A stretch of DNA of 64,000 nucleotides from Bacillota bacterium. Lineage in GTDB: Bacteria; Bacillota; Clostridia; Saccharofermentanales; Fastidiosipilaceae. This document shows positions 36,323 to 44,992 of this stretch, piece after piece; positions within the stretch are counted from its first letter, which is position 1, and each line of letters starts with the position of its first letter. The stretch covers positions 29,623 through 93,622 of the forward strand of contig JAEWGG010000033.1 in assembly GCA_023388435.1 (NCBI GenBank), written 5' to 3'. The notes beneath the pieces were generated by a model. That model ran no database searches. It was not told the DNA's origin and worked only from the letters and a program-made list of their open reading frames with translations. Position numbers and translations under genes: made by a program.

Positions 36323-37966
36323 ATGATGGAAGGCCAGATCATCAGAGGGGCGCTCAGCGCCAGAGAAGAGTTTTTTTATCCCGACATGGACCTGGGGGCC
36401 CTGCCCTCCAGCCTGCGCCTTGTCACAGCCCGCAATGGCCGGGCTTCCTTTCAGCTGCTCTTGGAAGCTGAGGAGGCGGACTTGCCTATCTGCCTGGAGG
36501 CCCCAGGATTTTCTGTGGAATATTTTTCCATGCTGGACGTGCCTGTTGAATATAACACGGGAGATGGCAGTGAGCAGGGCGGAGCGATGGTTCTGGAGCG
36601 GCGTCCGACTGAGAAGCCAGCCTATGCCACGCGTCTGGCCCCCTTTCGTGTCTATGACTGTCTGCGCCCTCTGGACCAGCCCTGTAGTTCGGCTCGGGCT
36701 GGACGCCACGCCCTCTACGTCTGCCTCAGTCCCAGGCCTGAGACCCCGGCTGGGACTTATAAGCTGGACTTTCAGCTCGGCGCCTACCACTGTCGCTTGG
36801 AACTTCAGGTCTACGACGTAGAAATTCCACTGGATCAGTTTCCGGTGACGAACTGGTTCAGCGTGGACGCGATCTGCCGCTTCCACCAGGTGGAGCGGGG
36901 GAGCCAGGCCTTCTATGACATGCTGCGCCGCTATGCTCAGACCATGCGCCGACTGCACCAGACGCTATTCTATATTGAACTGGACCAGACCTGTGTGCAG
37001 ACGCGCAATCCCTACACGTTTGATTTTGAGTATCTGCGGCCCATGATCGAGATATTTTTTGAGGAGGGAATGCAAAAATTGGAGTTGGGAGCCCTCCTGA
37101 GTCGCGGTTTCCTTCCCGATGGCAGGCCGGATATGTACACGGATCGCTTCACCTGTGCCATGGCTCCAGAGCTCCCCTTCGAGAGCCTGGAGGGCTACGC
37201 CCTGAGTCTGGCTTTTGTCCAGAGTCTGGCTGCCTTCCTGAAAAAGTATGGCTGGGAGGAGCGCCTGGTCTTCCACATTCATGATGAGCCGGACATCCAT
37301 TATAAGGACGAGGCCACGTTGGAGGCCCGCAAGCGCCAGTACTACCTGGCGGCCAGCATCCTGCGCAAGCACATCCCAGGGGTGCAAATCATTGAAGCTG
37401 TAGCCTCCCCGGCCTTCCGTGGCGGGGTGGATATCTGGGTTCCGGGGACGCCAGGCTACGAAGAGAACAAGGCAAGCTTTGACCAGTATACGGAACTGGG
37501 GGAGTCTGTCTGGACCTATGTCTGCTGTGGTCCGGAAGGGCAGTGGTTAAACCGCTTTCTGGACTTCGCCCTGATCAAGGGCCGACTGCTTTTCTGGGGT
37601 TGTGCGGCGAATGGTCTGGGCGGCTTCCTGCACTGGGGCTTCAACCAGTTCCCTGCGGATATGGATCCCTTCCAGGGCACAAGTTGTCCCAACCATACGG
37701 GTATCGGCACGAATTTCCCCTGTGGGGACTCTTTTCTGGTCTATCCCGGCAGCGATGGGCCCTGGCCGGGTATGCGTCTGGAGGCGGCCCGACGCGGGGC
37801 GGAGGACGCCTGTCTCCTGGCCCTGCTGCGGGCGCGCGACCCGGAACTCAGCACTAGCCTGGTGGCGGCGGTTTTCCAGGACAACACACACTACAACGCC
37901 GACTGCGACTTTTTCCAGAAAACTTATGAGCAGCTGCTGCGCGCACTTGAGCCGCAGACAGTATAG
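36323..37966 (+). CDS. DUF4091 / GH123-like glycoside hydrolase (putative beta-N-acetylgalactosaminidase), no signal peptide
   Basis: HIHDEPD (adjacent Asp-Glu, as in GH123 catalytic pairs), VWTYVCCGP, NRFLDFALIKGRLLFWG, GGFLHWGFNQF, GDSFLVYPG and RLEAARRGAEDACLL resemble the DUF4091 C-terminal module. Confidence 0.55.
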   Translation: MMEGQIIRGALSAREEFFYPDMDLGALPSSLRLVTARNGRASFQLLLEAEEADLPICLEAPGFSVEYFSMLDVPVEYNTGDGSEQGGAMVLERRPTEKPAYATRLAPFRVYDCLRPLDQPCSSARAGRHALYVCLSPRPETPAGTYKLDFQLGAYHCRLELQVYDVEIPLDQFPVTNWFSVDAICRFHQVERGSQAFYDMLRRYAQTMRRLHQTLFYIELDQTCVQTRNPYTFDFEYLRPMIEIFFEEGMQKLELGALLSRGFLPDGRPDMYTDRFTCAMAPELPFESLEGYALSLAFVQSLAAFLKKYGWEERLVFHIHDEPDIHYKDEATLEARKRQYYLAASILRKHIPGVQIIEAVASPAFRGGVDIWVPGTPGYEENKASFDQYTELGESVWTYVCCGPEGQWLNRFLDFALIKGRLLFWGCAANGLGGFLHWGFNQFPADMDPFQGTSCPNHTGIGTNFPCGDSFLVYPGSDGPWPGMRLEAARRGAEDACLLALLRARDPELSTSLVAAVFQDNTHYNADCDFFQKTYEQLLRALEPQTV

Positions 37967-37980
37967 AAGGGAGAGAGACT

Positions 37981-39747
37981 ATGCGTCCAATCAAGAGCCT
38001 GCGGGCCCTGCTTCTGAGCCTGGTCGTGGCCGCTTCCTGCATCCTTCCCGCTGGGATGAACCCGGGGCAAGTCCAGGCGGCTGAGGGGAAGTGGCACCTG
38101 GTTTTTCAGGAAGAATTTAATGAGCCGATCCTGGATCCGACCAAGTTCTCGGACTCCTACTTGCCACACTGGACGACTGTGGAGCAGAGTCTGGCACACT
38201 ACGATCTGCGAGACGGCATCTGCTCTCTACGCATCGATAAGGACGGCCAGGGCCCCTGGTGGAAGGATGCCGGCGTGCAAAAGGTCTCCAGTATCCAGAC
38301 GGGCATGCGCGACGGCCTGCACCATTTCTGGAAGACCTGTTCGATTACGGAGCATCACCGGGCAGTCAGCAACTTTGAGACGAAATATGGCTATTTTGAG
38401 CTGCGGGCGCGCATTCCCAAGGACGGCGGCCTGCACAGCGCCTGGTGGATGATTGGTACGGAGTCCCGACCCCAGGAGGCGGGAGAGATTGATATTTTTG
38501 AGATCTGCGGCCCTGACATTGGCAAGGACAAGAGTCGCGTGCGCGTCTCGGTACATCCCTGGGAAGATGAGAGACTGAGCGAGCAGAACCTGAATTACCA
38601 CGTCCCCTGTGACCTTTCGGAGGACTTTCATACCTACGGCTTCGAATGGACTGCAGAGGGAATGAAATTTTATTTCGACGGGGAACTGATACGTCAGACG
38701 AAGCAGTCCCCAAACTATAAGATGATGACCCTGCTGGGTATCTATGAGAATAACGCCCCTCTCTGGAGCGGTTCTCCGGACTATGACAGCGTCTATCCCA
38801 AGCGCTTTGAGATTGACTATTTCAGGGCCTTCAAAACGGATGAAATACTGGCCCAGGAAGCGGCAGAGCAGCGTGAAGCTCAGCCAGGGGAGAATCTGGC
38901 CCCCTATGCCATTGCCGGGGCGGGCCAGGACTGGAACCGCAAGAGCCCGCCTTCTTATCTGATCGATAACGACGCCCACACAGCCCTGCAGAGTGTCGAT
39001 GAGCCGAATTTTCCCCAGTATCTCTATCTGGACTGGAAGGAGGCCCAGCGCTTTGACAGCCTGACGCTGAAGAGCTCCTACGCCCAGGGGCAGGCCCCGA
39101 CAAACTGGGAGCTGGAGGTTTCGGCGGACGGGCAGGGGGACTGGCAGAGGGTGGCTGCTTCCGGCGATGTAAATTGGGAACGCAAGGACAGCCAGATTGA
39201 GGCCCGCCGCCTACAGTTCCCCGCTGTTGAGGCCAAGGCTCTGCGGGTCAAGATTAACAGCGCCAATTTGGATTGGGGACACTACGCCATTAACGAGCTT
39301 CTGGTCCATGATTCGACGGCTGGTGGAGAGACGCTGAACCTCGCGCCAGATGCCACGGCGGAGTGGAGGAGTGAGCATCCAGACTGGTTGATTGACGGCC
39401 AGCGTCTGGTCGCGGGACAGAGCAAAATATGGCCACAGATGCCGAGCGACATCCTGCTCCATTGGCCCTGGCCCGTATCCTTTAATGAAGTGCAGCTGCA
39501 CTGTTGGCACGCCCTGGGCCAGGCCCCTAAGGAGATTTCCGTGGAGGTTTCTACAGATGGGCAGCAGTGGCGGCCCATCGTCGCCCGCACGGGCCTTAAC
39601 TGGACGCATGAAGATGCGACTCTGGAGACGCAGACGCTCCGCTTCGAGACGGTGGAGCAGGTGCGCTGGCTGCGCCTGCGGGTCCACGGGGCCTATACGC
39701 GCTGGCGGCACTTTGCCATCAATGAATTGGAAGTGTACCGGCGCTAG
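37981..39747 (+). CDS. secreted GH16 glycoside hydrolase with two C-terminal F5/8-type-C (CBM32-like) domains
   Basis: Signal peptide MRPIKSLRALLLSLVVAASC...AQA. GH16 catalytic ExDxxE motif (AGEIDIFEICG) in a beta-jelly-roll context (SAWWMIG, HTYGFEWT). Two discoidin-like repeats each end in ...HYAINELLV / HFAINELEV. Confidence 0.8.
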   Translation: MRPIKSLRALLLSLVVAASCILPAGMNPGQVQAAEGKWHLVFQEEFNEPILDPTKFSDSYLPHWTTVEQSLAHYDLRDGICSLRIDKDGQGPWWKDAGVQKVSSIQTGMRDGLHHFWKTCSITEHHRAVSNFETKYGYFELRARIPKDGGLHSAWWMIGTESRPQEAGEIDIFEICGPDIGKDKSRVRVSVHPWEDERLSEQNLNYHVPCDLSEDFHTYGFEWTAEGMKFYFDGELIRQTKQSPNYKMMTLLGIYENNAPLWSGSPDYDSVYPKRFEIDYFRAFKTDEILAQEAAEQREAQPGENLAPYAIAGAGQDWNRKSPPSYLIDNDAHTALQSVDEPNFPQYLYLDWKEAQRFDSLTLKSSYAQGQAPTNWELEVSADGQGDWQRVAASGDVNWERKDSQIEARRLQFPAVEAKALRVKINSANLDWGHYAINELLVHDSTAGGETLNLAPDATAEWRSEHPDWLIDGQRLVAGQSKIWPQMPSDILLHWPWPVSFNEVQLHCWHALGQAPKEISVEVSTDGQQWRPIVARTGLNWTHEDATLETQTLRFETVEQVRWLRLRVHGAYTRWRHFAINELEVYRR

Positions 39748-39770
39748 GGACGACTACGGAGGAGGTGTGT

Positions 39771-41258
39771 ATGCGTATTAAAATTCTGCCTGGGGAGGCC
39801 TTTTATGGGGGAGCGGTGACAGAGGGGCCAGAGCAGCCCTACACAGCCCAGACCTGCCGTGATCTGGACCTCTCCTTCAACCACAGCCCGAACCAGCAGA
39901 TGCCCCTGTTGATTTCGACGGCTGGGCGCTGGCTCTGGAGGTCAGAGGGTCTGCGGCTCAGCTTCTGTGAGGGTTATATTGACTGTCCGGACGATACCGT
40001 TCTGGGCAGCTGTCCTGGCGGCCTGCGCGAGGCCTATCACGGGGCCATGGCCCAGTGCTTTCCCTTTCATGAGATCCGACTTGATCCGAGTCTCTTTGCG
40101 GCCCCGGTCTACAACACGTGGATCGAGCTGACTTTTCATCAGACTCAGGAGGGGGTCAGGAACTATGCCCAGGCGATTCGGTCGGAGGATATGCCAGCGG
40201 GGGTGCTGATGATTGACGACGGCTGGACGGACTACTACGGGCGCTGGCAATTCTCGGCGGCCAAGTTTCCCCGCCCCCAGGAACTGCTGGCTGAACTGCA
40301 TGACTGGGGCTTTAAGGTCATGCTCTGGATCTGCCCCTTTGTCACCCCGGATACCCTCGAGTATCGTGAGCTGGAGCGGCGTGGATTGCTGGTCTTAGCT
40401 GCGGACGGTCAGCCACACATCGCGCACTGGTGGAATGGTTGGTCCGCCGTCCTGGATCTGTGCAAGGAAGAGGCGGTGGACTGGCTGAGGGGACAGCTGG
40501 CGGAGCTCCAGGCCATGGGAGTCGACGGTTTTAAATTTGATGCCGGCGACAGCTTCTACTACCCCCTGGACGGGGACCGGCAGAGTCGGGCCTGGGCGGC
40601 TTTTGGAGAGGGCTACAGCCTCAACGAGTTTCGGGTGACGACTGGGGCTGGGGGCTGGTCCCTCATGCAACGGCTCTGTGATAAGGACCACAGTTGGGCT
40701 AAGAGCGGCCTGGCCGCCCTGATTCCGAGCAGTATTGTCCAGAACCTGACGGGGCATCCCTTCTGCTCTCCAGATCTGATTGGAGGTGGAGAGTACCGTA
40801 ACTTCTATGAGCAGGAGCGTCTGGACGAGGAACTGGTCCTGCGCTGGGCCCAGGTGGCCTGCCTGATGCCTGTGATGCAGTTTTCAGCAGCCCCCTGGCG
40901 CATACTCTCGCCCCCTTACTATCAGGAGCTCCAGTCCGCCCTGGCCCTGCGGCGGCGCTATGCTCAGATTTTGCTGGACACTGTAGAAGACTGCCGCCGG
41001 ACAGGGGAGCCCATTCTGCGCCCCCTGGCCTACCACTATTCTGAGCCGGAGGCTCTGGCTGTCCGTGACGCCTACTTGCTGGGCTCTGAAGTCCTGGTCG
41101 CTCCTATTCTGGAGAAGGGGCAGACCGGGCGCTCCGTTTACCTTCCAGCGGGCTGCTGGGAGGAGTCCCGGGGCAGGATCTATCAGAGCCGTGGTGAGCG
41201 TTTCTGGGTGGAGACAGGTCTGGGGCTGGCGGTCTTCCAGCGCCGGCAAGGGGACTAG
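39771..41258 (+). CDS. GH31-like glycoside hydrolase, no signal peptide
   Basis: TIM-barrel motifs VLMIDDGW, GFKVMLWICPFV and GVDGFKFDAGDS (compare YicI GVDCFKTDFGE from memory). ATG 39771 follows GGAGGAGGTG. Confidence 0.55.
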   Translation: MRIKILPGEAFYGGAVTEGPEQPYTAQTCRDLDLSFNHSPNQQMPLLISTAGRWLWRSEGLRLSFCEGYIDCPDDTVLGSCPGGLREAYHGAMAQCFPFHEIRLDPSLFAAPVYNTWIELTFHQTQEGVRNYAQAIRSEDMPAGVLMIDDGWTDYYGRWQFSAAKFPRPQELLAELHDWGFKVMLWICPFVTPDTLEYRELERRGLLVLAADGQPHIAHWWNGWSAVLDLCKEEAVDWLRGQLAELQAMGVDGFKFDAGDSFYYPLDGDRQSRAWAAFGEGYSLNEFRVTTGAGGWSLMQRLCDKDHSWAKSGLAALIPSSIVQNLTGHPFCSPDLIGGGEYRNFYEQERLDEELVLRWAQVACLMPVMQFSAAPWRILSPPYYQELQSALALRRRYAQILLDTVEDCRRTGEPILRPLAYHYSEPEALAVRDAYLLGSEVLVAPILEKGQTGRSVYLPAGCWEESRGRIYQSRGERFWVETGLGLAVFQRRQGD

Positions 41259-41298
41259 CCTCCGGCCGTTCTGGTCCAGCCTGGGTCTGAGACTTACT

Positions 41299-41339
41299 AA
41301 AAAAGAAGCGGTCGCAGTTCGCTGCGGCCGCTTCTTTTT
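41299..41339. terminator. rho-independent terminator after the glycosidase cluster
   Basis: AAAAAAGAAGCGG-TCGCAGTTCGCTGCGG-CCGCTTCTTTTT, an A-tract and T-tract flanked hairpin. Confidence 0.85.
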
Positions 41340-41373
41340 ACTTCGCTCTGGAGCAGGACAGACCCTGCTGAGC

Positions 41374-41640
41374 GACAGAATTTTCCTGCCCATTTGCACT
41401 TCACTGGGGATGCACCCAGTGCACTTCGGCATCGTGTTCTGCCTAAATCTCTCGGTGGGGACGATCACACCGCCAGTGGGCACCATCCTCTTTACGGGCT
41501 GTAAGATTGCGGGGGTGACGATAGAATCGGTCCTGCCGAAGCTCCTGCCCTACTTTGCCGTCATTATCCTGGTGCTCCTCCTGGTCACCTATATTCCAGC
41601 GCTCAGTCTCTTCCTGCCCGGCCTTCTGGGCCTGGCCTAA
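41374..41640 (+). pseudogene. 3' remnant of a TRAP transporter large permease (DctM) gene
   Basis: Encodes ...IFLPICTSLGMHPVHFGIVFCLNLSVGTITPPVGTILFTGCKIAGVTIESVLPKLLPYFAVIILVLLLVTYIPALSLFLPGLLG, i.e. only the last ~85 aa of DctM. No upstream DctM sequence, DctQ or DctP, and it starts directly after a terminator. Confidence 0.7.
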
Positions 41641-41705
41641 GGCTCTTGCCCCTGGGGCTAAGGCGCTACAAGACAGGTCCTTATAGAGTGTTGGCCCATA
41701 ATGAA

Positions 41706-41758
41706 AGCCCCCAGTCCCTGAACGACACACTACAGGTCCAGGGACTGGGGGGCTTTTT
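41706..41758. terminator. long hairpin terminator between the DctM remnant and the convergent CNNM gene
   Basis: AGCCCCCAGTCCCTG...CAGGGACTGGGGGGCT followed by TTTTT. Confidence 0.75.
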
Positions 41759-41849
41759 GCCTTCCTTCCAGCCTTAAGCACAGGTTGCAGGCAGATCTTC
41801 CATGAAGGCCGCAGTCGCAGCCGTGGCGTATTTACTGCCCTGGCTTTTC

Positions 41850-43244
41850 TTAAGCCCCGGCCTCTGCTGCCTCCTCAGTCTGGGGGATGATGCGCAGTCT
41901 CGCGATGCGCTTTTCATCCATGGCGAGGACCTGGAGGCGGAACTTCCCGAAGTCCACGCTCGGCCGCTCGTCCTCATCGGGGATGCGGTCCAGGCGGTCC
42001 AGGACGAGGCCGGCGATGGTGTCGGCGTCCACCTGATCAGCGTCGACACAGAAGCCTTCGACGTGGGTGCAGATCTCATGGAGCTCTGTCAGGCCCTCGA
42101 CATCGTAGCTGCCGTCGCTGTTGCGCACAATCTCGGGGTGCTCGTCGTCGAATTCGTCCTGGATATTGCCGACGATCTCTTCCAGCAGGTCCTCCATGGT
42201 GACCAGGCCCGCAACACCGCCGTACTCATCGATGACGATGGCCATGGCTTCATGGCGTTTTTGCATCTCGCGGAAGAGGGCGTCGACGTGCTTGCTCTCG
42301 GGGGTGAAGAGGGGCTCGCGCATCAGCTTCGTGACATCAAATATCTTGCGGTCGTATTTGGAGATGAAGTAGAGGAGGTCCTTAATATTGAGGATGCCGA
42401 CGATGCGGTCCATGTGCTCCTCATAGATGGGGATGCGGGTGTAGCCCTCCTCCTTGGCCAACTGCAGGACCTCATCATAGCTGGCGTCGATGGGGAGACC
42501 GGAGATGTTTTTACGATGCGTCATGATCTCCGAGACTTCCTTGTCATTAAACTCGAAGACATTCTGGAGCATCAGCGACTCCTCAGTCAGAATTTTGCCG
42601 GAGTGGAAGCCTGCCTCAATCATCATGCGGATCTCTTCTTCCGTGACTTCAGCCTCCTCCTTTTGCTGCTCAATGTGCAGGGCCTTGAGGACAAGATTCG
42701 TACTGAAATTCAAAAATTTGGTGAAGGGGCGGGCGATGATGTCACAGACCCGAATGGTGGAGAGGGCCAGGCGTGAGACGGCCTCGGGATTATTGAGTGC
42801 GATGCGCTTCGGAACCAGTTCACCAAAAATGAGGGTGACGTAGGCTGTGATCAGGGTGACCAGCACAATGCACAGGCCGCGCAGGCCGTGGTACTGAGCT
42901 GCAGGATCAAGAGCGCGATAGAGCATGTCGCCGAACTGGTCTCCGGCAAAGGCCGAGGACAGGAAGCCAGCCAGGGTGACACCCACCTGGATGGTGGCGA
43001 GAAAACTGCCAGGATTTTCCAAGATGCGCAGGGCCCGTCGGGCGAAGCGGTCGCCCTCCTCAGCCTTGTGTTTCATTCGGTTGGCATTGAGGGTGATGAT
43101 GGCCATCTCGGAAGCGGAGAAAAAACCGTTAATCAGGATGAGAATCAATACGAGAATAATGCTCAGCAGCCAGGATCCAGAGCCTGGAGCCAGTGCTGCC
43201 ATGAGCACGTGACCTGAGGGGCATAACCAGCCAACAGCGTCCAA
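41850..43244 (-). CDS. CNNM/CorC-family (DUF21-CBS-CorC_HlyC) putative divalent-cation efflux protein
   Basis: DUF21 signature LINGFFSASEMAIITLN, tandem CBS region and CorC_HlyC C-terminal domain. TTG 43244 lies 9 nt after GGAGG and is preferred; ATG 43202 is the alternative. Confidence 0.85.
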   Translation of the reverse strand: MDAVGWLCPSGHVLMAALAPGSGSWLLSIILVLILILINGFFSASEMAIITLNANRMKHKAEEGDRFARRALRILENPGSFLATIQVGVTLAGFLSSAFAGDQFGDMLYRALDPAAQYHGLRGLCIVLVTLITAYVTLIFGELVPKRIALNNPEAVSRLALSTIRVCDIIARPFTKFLNFSTNLVLKALHIEQQKEEAEVTEEEIRMMIEAGFHSGKILTEESLMLQNVFEFNDKEVSEIMTHRKNISGLPIDASYDEVLQLAKEEGYTRIPIYEEHMDRIVGILNIKDLLYFISKYDRKIFDVTKLMREPLFTPESKHVDALFREMQKRHEAMAIVIDEYGGVAGLVTMEDLLEEIVGNIQDEFDDEHPEIVRNSDGSYDVEGLTELHEICTHVEGFCVDADQVDADTIAGLVLDRLDRIPDEDERPSVDFGKFRLQVLAMDEKRIARLRIIPQTEEAAEAGA

Positions 43245-43428
43245 AAAAGTGATCCTCCTATAGTCCCTGTGCGCGTTGCGTCTACGGGGCGTCGTCTTGA
43301 CGCGGTGGGAGGCCGCTTGGCTGGGCCGTCTCAAGTACCGTTCCGGTGCGCTCCACAGGCGGGGTGCCGCTTAGGCACATACATGTAGATATAGGTGCAA
43401 ATATAATATAAAAATCCTGGTAAATCAA
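43245..43428 (-). promoter_or_regulatory. promoter plus ~150-nt GC-rich structured 5' leader of the CNNM gene (candidate cis-regulatory RNA)
   Basis: On the minus strand: TTGATT (43423-43428), 17 nt, TATATT (43400-43405). The leader has nested helices (GTGCC/GGCAC, CCTGTG/CACAGG, GGCC/GGCC, GCGTC/GACGC) and a CCTCC (43308-43312) complementary to the SD (43254-43258). Confidence 0.4.
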
Positions 43429-43479
43429 GAAAATTCCGTTACGTCCATCGCGACCAAGGCCGCGGCACAGAGGCCATAG

Positions 43480-44418
43480 TCAGGGCCAGGGCAGGTAGGG
43501 GAGACCGAGGGCTGAAGACAGGAGGAAGTAGACGCCGAGCAGGGGGAGGTAGAGCAGCGTGCTGAGGAGGACAAACTGACTCGCGAGCTCGGGATAGAGG
43601 CCGTACTTACGGGCCAGGACAAAGCTGTTGACCGCGGTCGGAGCCCCGAAGAGAATGAAGGCCACGCTGCCCTGGAGTGGGGACAGGGGGAGGCAGGCGG
43701 CCAGGGCCAGGGCGCTCAGAGGATAGAGGAGCAGTTTTAAGAAACAGACGCGCAGGTAGGACGCGAGATGACGGCGCTGGGGCAGGCTCTGGAGGTTGTA
43801 GCCCATACAGAGTAGGGCCACAGGGGAGGCCAGGTCCGCAATCTGATTTAGAGGCCGCTCCCATCCAGTCTGGGGAAAGGGGAAGAGCAGGCAGGCCAGA
43901 CCCGCATAGACGCCGATCAGAAGGGGCGAGCGGAGGATGCGCAGCAGGACCTGGCGACGGCTCTGCTGGGCCGAGCAGACCTGCTCGTAGAGACTGATGG
44001 AGTAAAAGTTATAGAAAAACTGACTGAGTCCGGTCATCGCACCTGCCAGGGCTATGCTGCTGGGACCGTAAAGCGCCTGGAGTAGGGGGAAGCCCATGAT
44101 GATGAAATTTCCGCGGTAGGCGGCATTTTCCTCCACACAGCGCTGCTTCGGATCGCGGACCAGGAAACGCAGGACCAGGTGGTTACAGAGGAGATGGGCG
44201 CTGAAAAGCAGAAAAATATAGCCCAGAAAGAGGGGGCTCATCTGCTGGATGAGATTGGGGGCACGAAAGCTCAGCGCGATTTTCAGGGGGAAAAAGAGGC
44301 GAAAGCAGAGCTGGTTCAGCTCCTGAACCGAGTCCTGGCTGAGCCAGTGCCAGCGGCGCAGGCAGTGGCCCAGACCAATGAAGACCAGCATGCCCAATAG
44401 GGCCTGGATTACGTGCAT
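43480..44418 (-). CDS. AEC-family (auxin efflux carrier) permease
   Basis: 312-aa polytopic membrane protein with AEC-like motifs (GNFIIMGFPLLQALYG, SPLLIGVYAGLA, APTAVNSFVLARKYG...LSTLL). ATG 44418 follows GAGGAGG. Confidence 0.65.
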   Translation of the reverse strand: MHVIQALLGMLVFIGLGHCLRRWHWLSQDSVQELNQLCFRLFFPLKIALSFRAPNLIQQMSPLFLGYIFLLFSAHLLCNHLVLRFLVRDPKQRCVEENAAYRGNFIIMGFPLLQALYGPSSIALAGAMTGLSQFFYNFYSISLYEQVCSAQQSRRQVLLRILRSPLLIGVYAGLACLLFPFPQTGWERPLNQIADLASPVALLCMGYNLQSLPQRRHLASYLRVCFLKLLLYPLSALALAACLPLSPLQGSVAFILFGAPTAVNSFVLARKYGLYPELASQFVLLSTLLYLPLLGVYFLLSSALGLPYLPWP

Positions 44419-44576
44419 CGTTAGCCTCCTCACGGAAGAACCCGCCCTCCAGTGTAAAAGAGCAGTTCTGTCTACTGGACACAAGCATAAAGTACCGCAG
44501 GCCGCCCTGTCCACGGAAGGCTGAGCTTGAGGGCGCAGTATGAAAAAAATTTTTTCGGAAATAGGGGAAAAGTCCC

Positions 44577-44606
44577 TTGACAGCCCCCCGGAGTCACTGC
44601 TAGAAT
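44577..44606 (+). promoter_or_regulatory. promoter of the tRNA-Arg gene
   Basis: TTGACA (44577-44582), 18-nt spacer, TAGAAT (44601-44606), 23 nt upstream of the tRNA 5' end. Confidence 0.7.
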
Positions 44607-44629
44607 ATCCCTCGTTGCTACAAGCACAT

Positions 44630-44706
<77 letters not shown>

Positions 44707-44710
44707 GAAG

Positions 44711-44741
44711 AGGAACTACCCCAGTGGTGGTTCCTTTTTTT
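44711..44741 (+). terminator. rho-independent terminator after tRNA-Arg
   Basis: AGGAACTACC-CCAGT-GGTGGTTCCT followed by TTTTTTT. Confidence 0.85.
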
Positions 44742-44992
44742 GTCCCCTGGGTCATCGTTTTCTGTAGGTGTATACATCAGCTACCAGTAGTTTCGAGCTG
44801 GAAGCGGATTAGCTGTATTTTCGTAGCATCCACCTGCCAGTGGCCGAGGGCGCCCCGTGGACTGCCTGTTCAGCGCCCGCGGACTGGGCTTCCACGTCCC
44901 TGGAGCGCTTAAGGCCAGATCCAGGATCGCCGTTGAGAACTGGGCTTGTGCTAGAATTAATGAATAAAATCAGAACAAAAGCGGAGGTGCCT

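Noticed and set aside
41065-41373. 5' part of the 191-aa ORF 41065-41640
   Set aside because: This portion overlaps the GH31-like gene 3' end in another frame and then reads through a terminator hairpin. Only the last ~85 codons have DctM similarity, so it is called a gene remnant, not a CDS.
41802-42776. 324-aa plus-strand ORF opposite the CNNM gene
   Set aside because: The minus-strand frame carries the DUF21, CBS and CorC_HlyC signatures. The plus-strand product is Asp/Leu/Val-rich mirror-image sequence.
43245-43392. Assignment of the CNNM leader to a known riboswitch class (M-box, yybP-ykoY Mn2+, c-di-AMP ydaO)
   Set aside because: By eye the conserved cores I remember are absent (e.g. 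GGGGAGUAG and UUGACAUA of yybP-ykoY, GUUAGGUGAGGCU of the M-box). It needs cmscan, so I report it only as an unclassified structured leader.
44707-44992. Integrated element or att site downstream of tRNA-Arg
   Set aside because: No integrase gene is present, I noticed no repeat of the tRNA 3' end downstream, and pgi follows directly. The 250-nt gap holds only a terminator and a promoter-like TGcTAGAAT.
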